Below are positions 49,390 to 57,919 of a stretch of 64,000 nt of DNA, in pieces. The notes below the pieces were generated by a model. It was not told where the DNA came from. It saw nothing but the letters and a program-made list of their open reading frames with translations, and did no database searches. Source of the DNA: Minisyncoccota bacterium (lineage in GTDB: Bacteria; Patescibacteriota; Minisyncoccia; Phycocordibacterales; Phycocordibacteraceae); the NCBI GenBank assembly GCA_028695415.1, contig JAQVIY010000002.1:4883-68882 (forward strand). The letters run 5' to 3'. Position numbers and translations under genes: made by a program. Each line of letters opens with the position of its first letter. The stretch's first letter is position 1.

Positions 49390-49902
49390 TCCGGGCGCGA
49401 CGAGAGTCGTGCTCGGAAGGACTAGGACGATTGTAGCGGTAAACATACACAAGCTGCCTTGCTGCGCAGTAATGCGCGGATTAGTCCACATGGCTATATG
49501 CTGGGAAGCGCGGAAGCGCGATCAGCAGGGAAGATTCGTGAACTTCACAGAGGAGAATAATCCTCAAAGATATAAGTTGGGTTGGTGTAATAATCAATCA
49601 AAGAGACAGGCATAGACAGCGAGGAGGTGGGCTTAAGAGCAGCCACCCTTTGAAGAGAGCGTTATAGCTCACTCGTCGAGTCGGTCAGACGTGGTTGATA
49701 GCATAAGAAGACATTTGGCCTTGCCTGCGTGCAAGGGACAACCAGTGCCTTCAAGACGTCGGACCAGTTTCGACACCCATCTTATACCCTAGGGAATGAC
49801 TACATTCCCTCTTCTGTGAAGTTCACGAAAACCCTCAGAGACCAAACGCCATACTCCTATTCGTAGGAGCAAGATAGAGTCCAAAGGTTGAAAGGAACCT
49901 AG
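49390..49902 (+). mobile_element. Group I intron at 23S site equivalent to E. coli 1931 (513 nt), no ORF, carries an rRNA H42-H44 copy
   Basis: Exon CCTAAGGT|AGCGTAATTCC restored by removal; ends in G; P4 ATGCTGG/TCAGCAG, P7 CAGAGACC, S AAGATAGAGTCC. Confidence 0.88.
49611..49680 (+). ncRNA. Intron-embedded mimic of the 23S uL10/uL11-binding domain (H42 tip-H43-H44)
   Basis: 58/70 ungapped identity to host 48502-48571 with two compensatory base-pair changes. Confidence 0.8.
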
Positions 49903-50565
49903 AGCGTAATTCCTTGTCGGGTAAGTTCCGACGTGCACGAATGGTGTAATGAGTGGGAAACTGTCTCGAGGACTCGCTCGGTGAAAATGCACTTCCGGTG
50001 AAGATGCCGGATACCTGTAGTTAGACGAAAAGACCCCAGGAGCTTTACTATAGCTTCGTATTGGCACTGCGGGATTCATGCGTAGCATAGGTGGGAGGAT
50101 TTGAAGCATTGGTTTCGGCTGGTGTGGATCCGTCAGTGAAATACCACTCTTGAATTTTGCAGTGTCTAACCCCGTGAGCGTAACTCACGGGGGACCGTGC
50201 GTGGCAGGTAGTTTTGGTGGGGCGCTATCCTCCTAAAAAGTAACGGAGGAGTCTATTAAGGTTCTCTAGGCGCGAATGGAAACCGTGCCGATAGTGTAAT
50301 GGCATAAGAGAGCTTAACTGTAAGGGGTACATCCCGAGCAGATGCGAAAGCAGAGCATAGTGAACCGATGGTACGCCTTAGATGCGGCCAGAGATTAACG
50401 GATATAAGTTACCCTGGGGATAACAGGCTAGTTCCGCCCAAGCGTCCATAGCGACGGCGGAGTTCGGCACCTCGATGTCGGCTCACCTTAGCGCGGGGCT
50501 GGAGAAGGTCCCAAGCGTATGGCTGTTCGCCATTTAAAAAGGTACGCGAGCTGGGTTCAAACCGT

Positions 50566-51149
50566 TCAGCAACTGACTTCGGTCGGTGATTGAACGGTTT
50601 GAACCCCGAGGCAAATGTTAGCTACGTGGAGACGTAGTGTGAATAAACGACAACTCACGGCGGTCTCGACTAGGAATAGTCGAGAAGCAAATCAACTGAT
50701 ATCGGTGGAACCCAGCCCCAGTTTTAAAATGCATAAAACTGGAGCTGGGCAATACCGAGGGAATTTGTCTTATGTGCTTCATTGAGGAATGTTCTTTGAG
50801 AATGTATTGCGGAGAAGTCGCCAAGCGGTTAAGGCACCAGACTTTCAAATCTGGCATGCGAAGGTTCGAACCCTTCCTTCTCCTCCATACATTTTCTGGC
50901 AACTTAGGTTGCCTCCTCAATGAAGCACATAAACGAAGCCCGTAGAGACTGAATGTTGATCATCCCGCCCCACTTTTGTCATTAGGACAGAGGCGGGGAG
51001 GGCTCACATAATTAGATGTACCTCGTTATTCCAATGACGGCGGTGTATCAAAAGTGGAGCTGGATGGTGTTACAGTCCGATCCCGCCAGTAATGGCGGCG
51101 TTATTGGGCAGCTAGAGCCTAAAGCCTAGTGCCCAATAGCTACGTAATG
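50566..51149 (+). mobile_element. Group I intron at 23S site equivalent to E. coli 2593 (584 nt), no convincing ORF, carries a tRNA-like gene
   Basis: Exon CAAACCGT|CGTGAGACAG restored by removal; ends in G; P4 ATCGGTG/ATACCGAG, P7 CCCGTAGAGACT, S GTTACAGTCC. Confidence 0.88.
50811..50887 (+). tRNA. Intron-encoded tRNA-like gene with 8-nt anticodon loop (CTTTCAAA); identity unclear
   Basis: GGAGAAG/CTTCTCC acceptor, GCC/GGC D stem, CCAGA/TCTGG anticodon stem, GAAGG-TTCGAAC-CCTTC T arm, T73, CCA. Confidence 0.78.
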
Positions 51150-51212
51150 CGTGAGACAGGTTGGTCTCCTATCTACTACAGGCGTTGATTCTTGAGGGGG
51201 GTTGTCCCTAGT

Positions 51213-52068
51213 AAAATATTGCTACTTCAGAGAGAGATCTCTGATGACAACGCTGCTTATAACGGTGGAGTCTAAGGCGCTTCTGGTTTTAGAGGTCGAT
51301 ATCCGACGGTCCAGTGGATATTGACCTCGCTTGAGGACCAGAATGACGCTATGATAATACCGTGGGAAGTCGATTAAGTATTACCAATGCAGATCTCGCG
51401 TATATCGCGGGCTTCTTGGATGGAGATGGAAGTCTCATGTTCCAATTAAAGAAGCGCGCAGATTCGACCAAAGGAGTGCGTTTTATGGCGACGATATGTC
51501 TTTATCAAGATACTCGCCATGATGCGCCGCTCTCGTGGATTCGAACGCGACTCAAATGCGGCTATGTTTCTAAACGGAACGATGGCATGACAGAATTACG
51601 CATCAATGGCTTCTCTCAAGTGAGGGAGACCGTAGAAGCGCTTCTGCCGTATCTTCGTTTCAAGAAGAAACAAGCAAGACTACTCATTCGGGCATGTAAA
51701 TTGCTCGAACAAGAGACGCTCCGCACCATGAAGTCGAGAGATATACGAAAGATTGTTGATTTGCTGTTGCTCATACAGAATGAAAACTATATGAGCAAAA
51801 AGCGAAAGACGAAAGAAGAACTGCATCACATGCTTGGTTTGACCCCGTAACGACTTACGTTGAAAGATACGTGGACTCATAGGTAGAGGAATCGTTCCGC
51901 AGGCAGCTCGCTAACGCGACTGCACTTGGATTTTCTAAAGCGGAGTACCGCTAAGAAAATCTCGGCGAGAACGACAGCTCCTATGGGTAAGATGCAGCCA
52001 TCCTAACTTCGCACAGGCGGAAAAGGATGAAGATATAGTCTGAGCTCCTGGAAACAGGGGAAGTATCG
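51213..52068 (+). mobile_element. Group I intron in the sarcin-ricin loop (E. coli-equivalent 2656; 856 nt) with LAGLIDADG gene
   Basis: Exon CCCTAGT|ACGAGAGGACC restored by removal; ends in G; P4 AACGGTG/ATACCGTG, P7 CCGTAACGACT, S GAAGATATAGTCT. Confidence 0.88.
51362..51850 (+). CDS. Intron-encoded single-motif LAGLIDADG homing endonuclease
   Basis: LAYIAGFLDGDGSL motif, LLPYLRFKKKQA; GTG start and TAA stop overlap ribozyme core elements. Confidence 0.88.
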   Translation: MGSRLSITNADLAYIAGFLDGDGSLMFQLKKRADSTKGVRFMATICLYQDTRHDAPLSWIRTRLKCGYVSKRNDGMTELRINGFSQVRETVEALLPYLRFKKKQARLLIRACKLLEQETLRTMKSRDIRKIVDLLLLIQNENYMSKKRKTKEELHHMLGLTP

Positions 52069-52422
52069 ACGAGAGGACCGGGATGAACTGACCTCTGGTC
52101 TATCGGCTGTCGCGCCAGCGGCACCGCCGAGTAGCTATGTCGGGTGCCGATAACCGCTGAAAGCATATAAGCGGGAAACGGGCCCCAAGATTAGGAATCG
52201 TTATGAGACTCGTAGGAGATGACTACGTTGATAGGCTCTAGATGGAAGCGCAGTAATGCGTTGAGTCGAGGAGTACTAATATGTCCAGTCTCTCGTGCGG
52301 AACTCTGTCTAACACAATCGTTCTGTTTGCGTTTTGATAATTACCTATGCGTTTCGTAGTCACCGACCCTACGTCGCTCGCTTCGCGAGCTATGAAGGGT
52401 AAAAACACTTTCGAGTGTTCGG

Positions 52423-52538
52423 TTCTGGTGGTTCGGCGGCGGGGTCATACCCGTTCTCATTCCGAACACGGCAGTCAAGCCCGCTAGCGGCGATGGTACT
52501 CATCGTTTCAGATGGGGAGAGTAGCTAACCGCCAGAAC
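52423..52538 (+). rRNA. rrf: 5S rRNA
   Basis: TTCTGGTGG...CCGCCAGAA terminal helix; CATTCCGAACAC, CGATGGTAC, GGGAGAGTAG conserved blocks. Confidence 0.93.
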
Positions 52539-52579
52539 CGAGTACTCGATATTTGTTTTTGAGATGTTTGTAATAATTG

Positions 52580-52715
52580 GATGGGGAGAGTAAGAAAGAA
52601 ACGCCTCGGAAGGCGTTTTTTCTTTCTGCTGCACTTGCTTCAAGAAAGCGAAAGAAGACTCTCGCTTTCTTTCGCTTCGTTTGCAGTAGCTAACCGCCAG
52701 AACCGAGTACTCGAT
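52580..52715 (+). repeat. Duplicated 5S 3' end split by a hairpin-rich insert
   Basis: GATGGGGAGAGTA (52511) repeated at 52580; AGTAGCTAACCGCCAGAACCGAGTACTCGAT (52520-52550) repeated at 52685-52715. Confidence 0.8.
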
Positions 52716-52735
52716 TTTTGTTCCTTCAGATTAAG

Positions 52736-52840
52736 CGGGGTGTAGCTTAGGTAAGTTAAGTGCGGCAAGCACTCTGTCCTGGGTGACAACGTCCGGGAGC
52801 TGTACAGAGGACGCAGGTTCGAATCCTGTCACCCCGACCA
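52736..52840 (+). tRNA. Atypical tRNA-Pro(TGG)-like gene with enlarged D loop and 19-nt anticodon-loop insertion
   Basis: CGGGGTG/CACCCCG-A-CCA acceptor (Pro-type), GCAGG-TTCGAAT-CCTGT T arm, GCTT/AAGC D stem with 18-nt loop. Confidence 0.6.
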
Positions 52841-52880
52841 TGCACGCCGCGCTTGCGCGGCGTTTTGCTATACTGTTCGC

Positions 52881-53645
52881 ATGGATTGGGCAACGCGACG
52901 GCGGTTCATAATTCTTCTTATTATCGGCGCGATCATGGTCGCGTTCTTCGCGACGGTGCTTATCGCCACATTCTCGAAGACGCCGACCTGCTCCGATGGC
53001 ATACAGAATCAGGATGAGACGGGTGTTGACTGCGGTGGTTCATGCCGGTACCTCTGCATAGCAGAACAGCAGCCGCCGACCGTTCTGTTCACCAAGGCTA
53101 TCGGCAACGGCCTCGGTCGTACGGATGTCGTCGCATCAATCGAGAATAAGAACGCCGCCGCTGCGGCAAAGAATGTCCCGTATCGCATCACGCTCTACGG
53201 TACCGGCCAGTTCCTTATCCAAGAGGTTACCGGCTCGTTCGACCTTCCACCCGGCGCGACGGTGCCGCTCTACATCCCCAACATATCTTCAGGGAAACAA
53301 ACCGACATAAAAGCCTTCCTCACCATTGCGACCTCTTCGCTCCAATGGTTTTCTCTGTCGCCCTCCGCTCTCCGTGCACCGCTCGTATCGAACACGACTC
53401 AGGGAGGTATCTCGAACACACCGCGTATTGAAGCCATTCTCACCAATCCGACCATCATTCCATTCACTGATGTACGAGTCGTGGTCGTCGTTCGCGATAC
53501 GCACGGGGACGTTATAGCCGCGTCAGAGACGATCGTTCCCTCCATTCCAGCACAAGGGCAGGCGAATGCGACCTTTACGTGGAATAGCGCGTTTCCGAGC
53601 GCGCCTGCCGCAATAGAGGTTACCCCGATTGTTTCGCTTCCGTGA
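52881..53645 (+). CDS. Membrane-anchored protein with Cys/Ca-binding-like motif and Ig-like (FxLYD-like) domains
   Basis: TM, CSDGIQNQDETGVDCGGSC motif, two beta-sandwich segments. Confidence 0.75.
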   Translation: MDWATRRRFIILLIIGAIMVAFFATVLIATFSKTPTCSDGIQNQDETGVDCGGSCRYLCIAEQQPPTVLFTKAIGNGLGRTDVVASIENKNAAAAAKNVPYRITLYGTGQFLIQEVTGSFDLPPGATVPLYIPNISSGKQTDIKAFLTIATSSLQWFSLSPSALRAPLVSNTTQGGISNTPRIEAILTNPTIIPFTDVRVVVVVRDTHGDVIAASETIVPSIPAQGQANATFTWNSAFPSAPAAIEVTPIVSLP

Positions 53646-54781
53646 ATGCGTTAGGAAAAGCATCCAGGAATTTCTTCAACTCCGGCGGAGATTGGACGCT
53701 GTTTCTGCCAGCGGTCGCCCTCTCGCTTCTTGGTCTGCTTACTATGAGCACCTTCGGGCAAGGGGAATCGCTTGCTCCGCGACAGTTCCTTTGGCTCGCG
53801 GTCGCGACGGTCGCGTATCTCGTCATCTCGACGATTGATATGCGCTTCATTCGTCGGACATCGGTCGTCATGACGCTCTACAGCGCCGCGCTTATCCTTC
53901 TCGCACTCGTGCTTCTCGCGCGCCCGGTGATGGGCGCGCACGCGTGGTTCTCGTTCGGTCCCGTATCGTTTCAGCCGGCAGACTTCGCGAAGTTGGCGCT
54001 CATCGCACTTCTCGCGAAGTATCTTTCGCGTCGGCATGTCGAGATAGGGGACTTCCGCCACATTCTCGTTTCTGGCACATATGCACTCACGGTCACTCTT
54101 CTCATTCTTATCGAGCCGGACATGGGGAACGCCATCATATTCACGACACTCTGGCTCGGCATGATGCTGGTATCCGGCATATCGAAAAAGCACCTTGCTA
54201 TTCTCGGATGCATCGGGCTCGTGCTCGCATCGATTATTTGGTTCGAGGGGTTGAAGCCCTATCAGCGCGCACGCATCGTCTCTTTCGTGAATCCCGCCGC
54301 CGACATACACGGTTCCGGTTACAACGCGTATCAGGCTAAGATTGCGGTCGGCTCGGGAGAGATTTTCGGCAAGGGCATTGGGTACGGGACACAGTCGAAA
54401 TTGCGATTTCTCCCCGAGTATCAGACCGACTTCATCTTTGCCGCATATGCCGAGGAATGGGGTTTCGCAGGGACAGCGCTTTTATTCGCGGTCTACGCGC
54501 TTTTATTTGCGCGACTCGCGCAAATAGCCCGCGCCGCCGCGACTAATTTTGACGCATTCTTCACGCTCGGCGTGCTTCTGCTCCTCGCCGCGCATCTCGC
54601 GATACATGTCGGTATCAGTCTGGGGCTCCTGCCGGTGACCGGCACGACAATACCTTTTATGAGTTCGGGCGGCTCCCATCTCGTACTCGAATTTGCCCTG
54701 CTTGGCATTGTGACATCGCTTGCGCACCATGGTCGCGGCGCGACGAGAGACATAAGCGCACACGAATATCTGGGGGGCTAA
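53642..54781 (+). CDS. rodA: SEDS family peptidoglycan polymerase RodA/FtsW
   Basis: GAHAW, FQPADFAK, EPDMG, YQ..RI, GY...Q.KIA.GSG...GKG...GTQ, PE.QTDFIFA..AEEWG, G.LPVTG..IPF.S.GGS. Confidence 0.9.
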   Translation: MNALGKASRNFFNSGGDWTLFLPAVALSLLGLLTMSTFGQGESLAPRQFLWLAVATVAYLVISTIDMRFIRRTSVVMTLYSAALILLALVLLARPVMGAHAWFSFGPVSFQPADFAKLALIALLAKYLSRRHVEIGDFRHILVSGTYALTVTLLILIEPDMGNAIIFTTLWLGMMLVSGISKKHLAILGCIGLVLASIIWFEGLKPYQRARIVSFVNPAADIHGSGYNAYQAKIAVGSGEIFGKGIGYGTQSKLRFLPEYQTDFIFAAYAEEWGFAGTALLFAVYALLFARLAQIARAAATNFDAFFTLGVLLLLAAHLAIHVGISLGLLPVTGTTIPFMSSGGSHLVLEFALLGIVTSLAHHGRGATRDISAHEYLGG

Positions 54782-55764
54782 GCGAGATAGACAGCAATCG
54801 TTCTCTGCACCATCTGTTCAAGCGAGAAATCGCGCATGTCTTTGGCATCTACTATCTCGCCGACGCCGCCTACGCGGTTTGCCTCGATAGGGAGACCCGC
54901 TGCCCTCGCTTCGAGGAGGACATACGGCAGCCCTTCCTTGAGAGAGGGGAGCGCAAACACATCAAACCCTTTCAGTACCTCGCTTGCCGGTAGAAAGCCG
55001 AAAAGTTTTACCCGATCAGAAAGTCCGTATTCTTGTATTTTTGCTTCAAGTTGCTGGCGTTCTTCTCCTTTGCCGACGATAGCAACAAACAGATTCGGGT
55101 TTCTCCGCGCTTGTTCCACGAGTGCAGTCTGGTTTTTATTCCGCGTGAGTTCTCCAATCGTTCCGGTGATATGCGTATGAGGAGGGAAAGCAGAACGAAT
55201 GACCTCTCCTGATCCGAGTGCGATGGCAGGACTTATCCCGTTGTATATGCGCACTGTTTTCTTACCAACAAAAGGCATGTGCCGTGCCACGCGCAAATCA
55301 TAATCAGAAACGACAATGACAGCGTGTGATAGAAGTGCAGTAAGCCACGAAAAGAGATACATAAGCGCGCGGTGCAAAGGACTGCGTTGTTCCCAGAACG
55401 GCCAGCCGTGAGCGGTGAAGATGATGCGGGGCACTCCGGTAAGACGGGCCGCGAGAGCGCCGATACCGGCCGCTTTCGACGAGTTGAGGTGAATGACATC
55501 AGGCTTTTCTTTACGAAATATTCTCCATAGTTCAAAAAAGCTTTTTACATCTGCAGCTATCGAAACATCCCGCTGCAGTGCCCGTATCGGGTGAGTGCGT
55601 ATGCCGACATTCCGCAGTTCATCGGCAAGTCGTCCCGGCTGTCCGAATGCGACGTGTACATCAAAAGCGTCCTTAGGGAGATGGGTCGCCAGGTCATAGA
55701 CATAGCGCTGGGCGCCGCCCCAGTTTGCCTTGGTGATAACAAAGAGTATTTTGCGGGGCTTCAT
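54778..55764 (-). CDS. GT4 family glycosyltransferase
   Basis: ITK..WGGAQRYV.DL, HLNSSKA, FTAHGW, PS.KEGLPYVLLEA. Confidence 0.9.
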   Translation of the reverse strand: MKPRKILFVITKANWGGAQRYVYDLATHLPKDAFDVHVAFGQPGRLADELRNVGIRTHPIRALQRDVSIAADVKSFFELWRIFRKEKPDVIHLNSSKAAGIGALAARLTGVPRIIFTAHGWPFWEQRSPLHRALMYLFSWLTALLSHAVIVVSDYDLRVARHMPFVGKKTVRIYNGISPAIALGSGEVIRSAFPPHTHITGTIGELTRNKNQTALVEQARRNPNLFVAIVGKGEERQQLEAKIQEYGLSDRVKLFGFLPASEVLKGFDVFALPSLKEGLPYVLLEARAAGLPIEANRVGGVGEIVDAKDMRDFSLEQMVQRTIAVYLA

Positions 55765-55809
55765 AGGTGCAACTGTACAATATATTTCTGCGTTATAGTA
55801 TCCATATCT

Positions 55810-57030
55810 ATGGTATTTAATCGAAGCGAGACAGCGATTCTCCTTGTGGGGGATTTTCTTATATTGGGGGCATCCCTCTGGATTACTCTTGCATTACGGA
55901 ACCTCGCGTTGCCCCCCTTTAGTTACTTTGAGGAGAATATCGTCCCGTTTCTGCCGATGTTCCTTTTGTCGCTTGTCGTGTTCTATATCGCCGGCCTCTA
56001 CGAGAAGCAGACGCGCCCGATTCGGAGTGTGATGGGTATCCGCATATTCGGCGCGCAGGCGGCGACCGTCGCGATTGCGGCGATACTCTTCTTCATACTC
56101 CCGCTTTCGATAGCGCCGAAGACGATCCTCGTGATGTATCTCGCCATATCGGTCGTCGCTGAAAGTGCATGGCGTTTTTATAGAATGAATAAAGAGATCG
56201 GGGAGGGCAGGCGCGTGCCGGTCATCCTCGCGGGTTCCGGTCAGGCGGCTGACGAACTGTATGAGGAAGTGAACAACAATAGCGCCTACATGATCCGATT
56301 CGTTGACCGGATTCAATCGGTTGATTCGTGCACGGACGGCTCGGCTGTGATGGATACCGAAGAACTCTATGAAGAAATCTTCGATCGCGTTCCTCTTGAA
56401 TATCTTGATACGGATGAACTCCTGAAGTCGTTTTCACAGGATAAAGTGTTCTATGATCGGAGTAAGCGTCTCTTCGATGTTCTCCTCGCTCTTCTTCTCT
56501 CGCTCGTTGCTATCCCTATCGTAGCGTTCGCGTCGCTTGCGCTTTTCCTCGAGAGCGGAATGCCTTTTTTCCGCCATGATCGCATCGGCAAGGGAGGGCG
56601 CGTATTTTCTTTATTGAAACTGCGTACGATGCTTCTCAATGATCATGGTGATCCGCAATTACAGAAGAAGAATCGCGTAACGGCGGTCGGACGCTTCCTC
56701 CGGAAGACGCGCATTGATGAACTTCCGCAACTCTGGAACGTGCTCACGGGCGACCTCTCGTTTATTGGGCCGCGCCCCGAACTCCCGAAGATAGCCGAGG
56801 TGTATGAGCGAGAGCTTCCGCATTATCGTATGCGACACCTTATCGCTCCCGGTCTCTCGGGGTGGGCACAGATACACGATTATGATGCTCCGCGCGGCGG
56901 AGCAGACGTGGTGCGTACGAAGCGGAAACTTTCGTACGACCTCTACTATTTGAAGCATCGCTCACTCGGGCTTGATCTCGCCATCGCGATCAAGACACTG
57001 CGGGCGCTCGCTTCTATTTCTGGAACCTAA
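55810..57030 (+). CDS. Polyprenyl-phosphate sugar phosphotransferase (WcaJ/WbaP-like)
   Basis: Start re-called at 55810; [53 protein letters not shown]. Confidence 0.9.
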   Translation: MVFNRSETAILLVGDFLILGASLWITLALRNLALPPFSYFEENIVPFLPMFLLSLVVFYIAGLYEKQTRPIRSVMGIRIFGAQAATVAIAAILFFILPLSIAPKTILVMYLAISVVAESAWRFYRMNKEIGEGRRVPVILAGSGQAADELYEEVNNNSAYMIRFVDRIQSVDSCTDGSAVMDTEELYEEIFDRVPLEYLDTDELLKSFSQDKVFYDRSKRLFDVLLALLLSLVAIPIVAFASLALFLESGMPFFRHDRIGKGGRVFSLLKLRTMLLNDHGDPQLQKKNRVTAVGRFLRKTRIDELPQLWNVLTGDLSFIGPRPELPKIAEVYERELPHYRMRHLIAPGLSGWAQIHDYDAPRGGADVVRTKRKLSYDLYYLKHRSLGLDLAIAIKTLRALASISGT

Positions 57031-57031
57031 T

Positions 57032-57919
57032 ATGAAAGTCCTTGTTACTGGCGGTGCTGGGTTCATAGGCAGTCACGTGGTGGACCTCCTTCTCAAGGAG
57101 GGTGCCGAGGTTCATGTATTCGATTCGTTCATAACAGGCAAGCGCGAGCGCGTGCCGAAAGGGGTACGGGTTATTGAAGGAGATATTCGTGATCGGTCGG
57201 CACTCGAGGAGGCTATGCAGGGTATGACACACGTGGTGCATCTCGCGGCGCTCGTATCGGTTCCTGAAAGTGTTGAAAACCCAACGCTTACTCACGAGGT
57301 GAACGTTATCGGTACGAGGAACGTATTTGATGCTGCTCGCCGCGCAGGCGTAAGCAAGGTTGTGTATGCATCGTCCGCCGCCGTATATGGAGATCATCCC
57401 GAACTCCCAAAAACGGAAGAAAGCCCGCTGCAGCCGAAGTCTCCCTATGCAACATCAAAGGTTGCGAATGAGGCGGATGCTCTCGCATCGGGTCTCTCTA
57501 CCGTCGGACTCCGCTTCTTCAATGTGTATGGGCCGAGACAGGATGCGAACCACCCCTATGCCTCAGTTATCCCGCGATGGGTCGCAGCAGCGAAAGATAA
57601 TCGGATGATCGAGCTTCACGGTGGTGGTGTACAGACGCGTGATTTCATACACGTGCACGACGTCGCGCGCGCGATACTCCTTGCGCTCAAGTCGGCGTAT
57701 GTCGGCATATGTAATGTTGCTTCAGGCGTTGAGACAGTTCTGCAAGACGTGCTTCAACATATGAGTGAGATGCTCAATAAGGATGTTTTGCATGAACGGA
57801 CGCCCGCCCGCGCAGGAGATATTAGCAGAAGTGTCGCGCGGGTGGATCGAGCTCGAGAGACGCTCGGTTTCGAAGCAGAGATTCCACTCAAAAAAGGTTT
57901 GAAGGATTTGCTCGCATGA
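57032..57919 (+). CDS. NAD-dependent nucleotide-sugar epimerase/dehydratase
   Basis: VTGGAGFIGSH, HLAA..SV, ASSAAVYG, PYATSK (YxxxK), RFFNVYGPRQ. Confidence 0.92.
   Translation: MKVLVTGGAGFIGSHVVDLLLKEGAEVHVFDSFITGKRERVPKGVRVIEGDIRDRSALEEAMQGMTHVVHLAALVSVPESVENPTLTHEVNVIGTRNVFDAARRAGVSKVVYASSAAVYGDHPELPKTEESPLQPKSPYATSKVANEADALASGLSTVGLRFFNVYGPRQDANHPYASVIPRWVAAAKDNRMIELHGGGVQTRDFIHVHDVARAILLALKSAYVGICNVASGVETVLQDVLQHMSEMLNKDVLHERTPARAGDISRSVARVDRARETLGFEAEIPLKKGLKDLLA

Noticed and set aside
49611-49680. H42-H44 copy as a collapsed or misassembled duplicate of host rRNA
   Set aside because: It has 12 differences including compensatory pairs and is nested in perfectly paired intron stems; read-level confirmation is still desirable.
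50811-50887. tRNA-Sec or code-25 tRNA-Gly(UCA)
   Set aside because: No long variable arm or 8-bp acceptor stem; loop is 8 nt; TGA is used as a stop in this window.
52736-52840. tmRNA or a piece of permuted tmRNA
   Set aside because: Acceptor has Pro-type identity, not the Ala G3-U70 pair; no tag reading frame.
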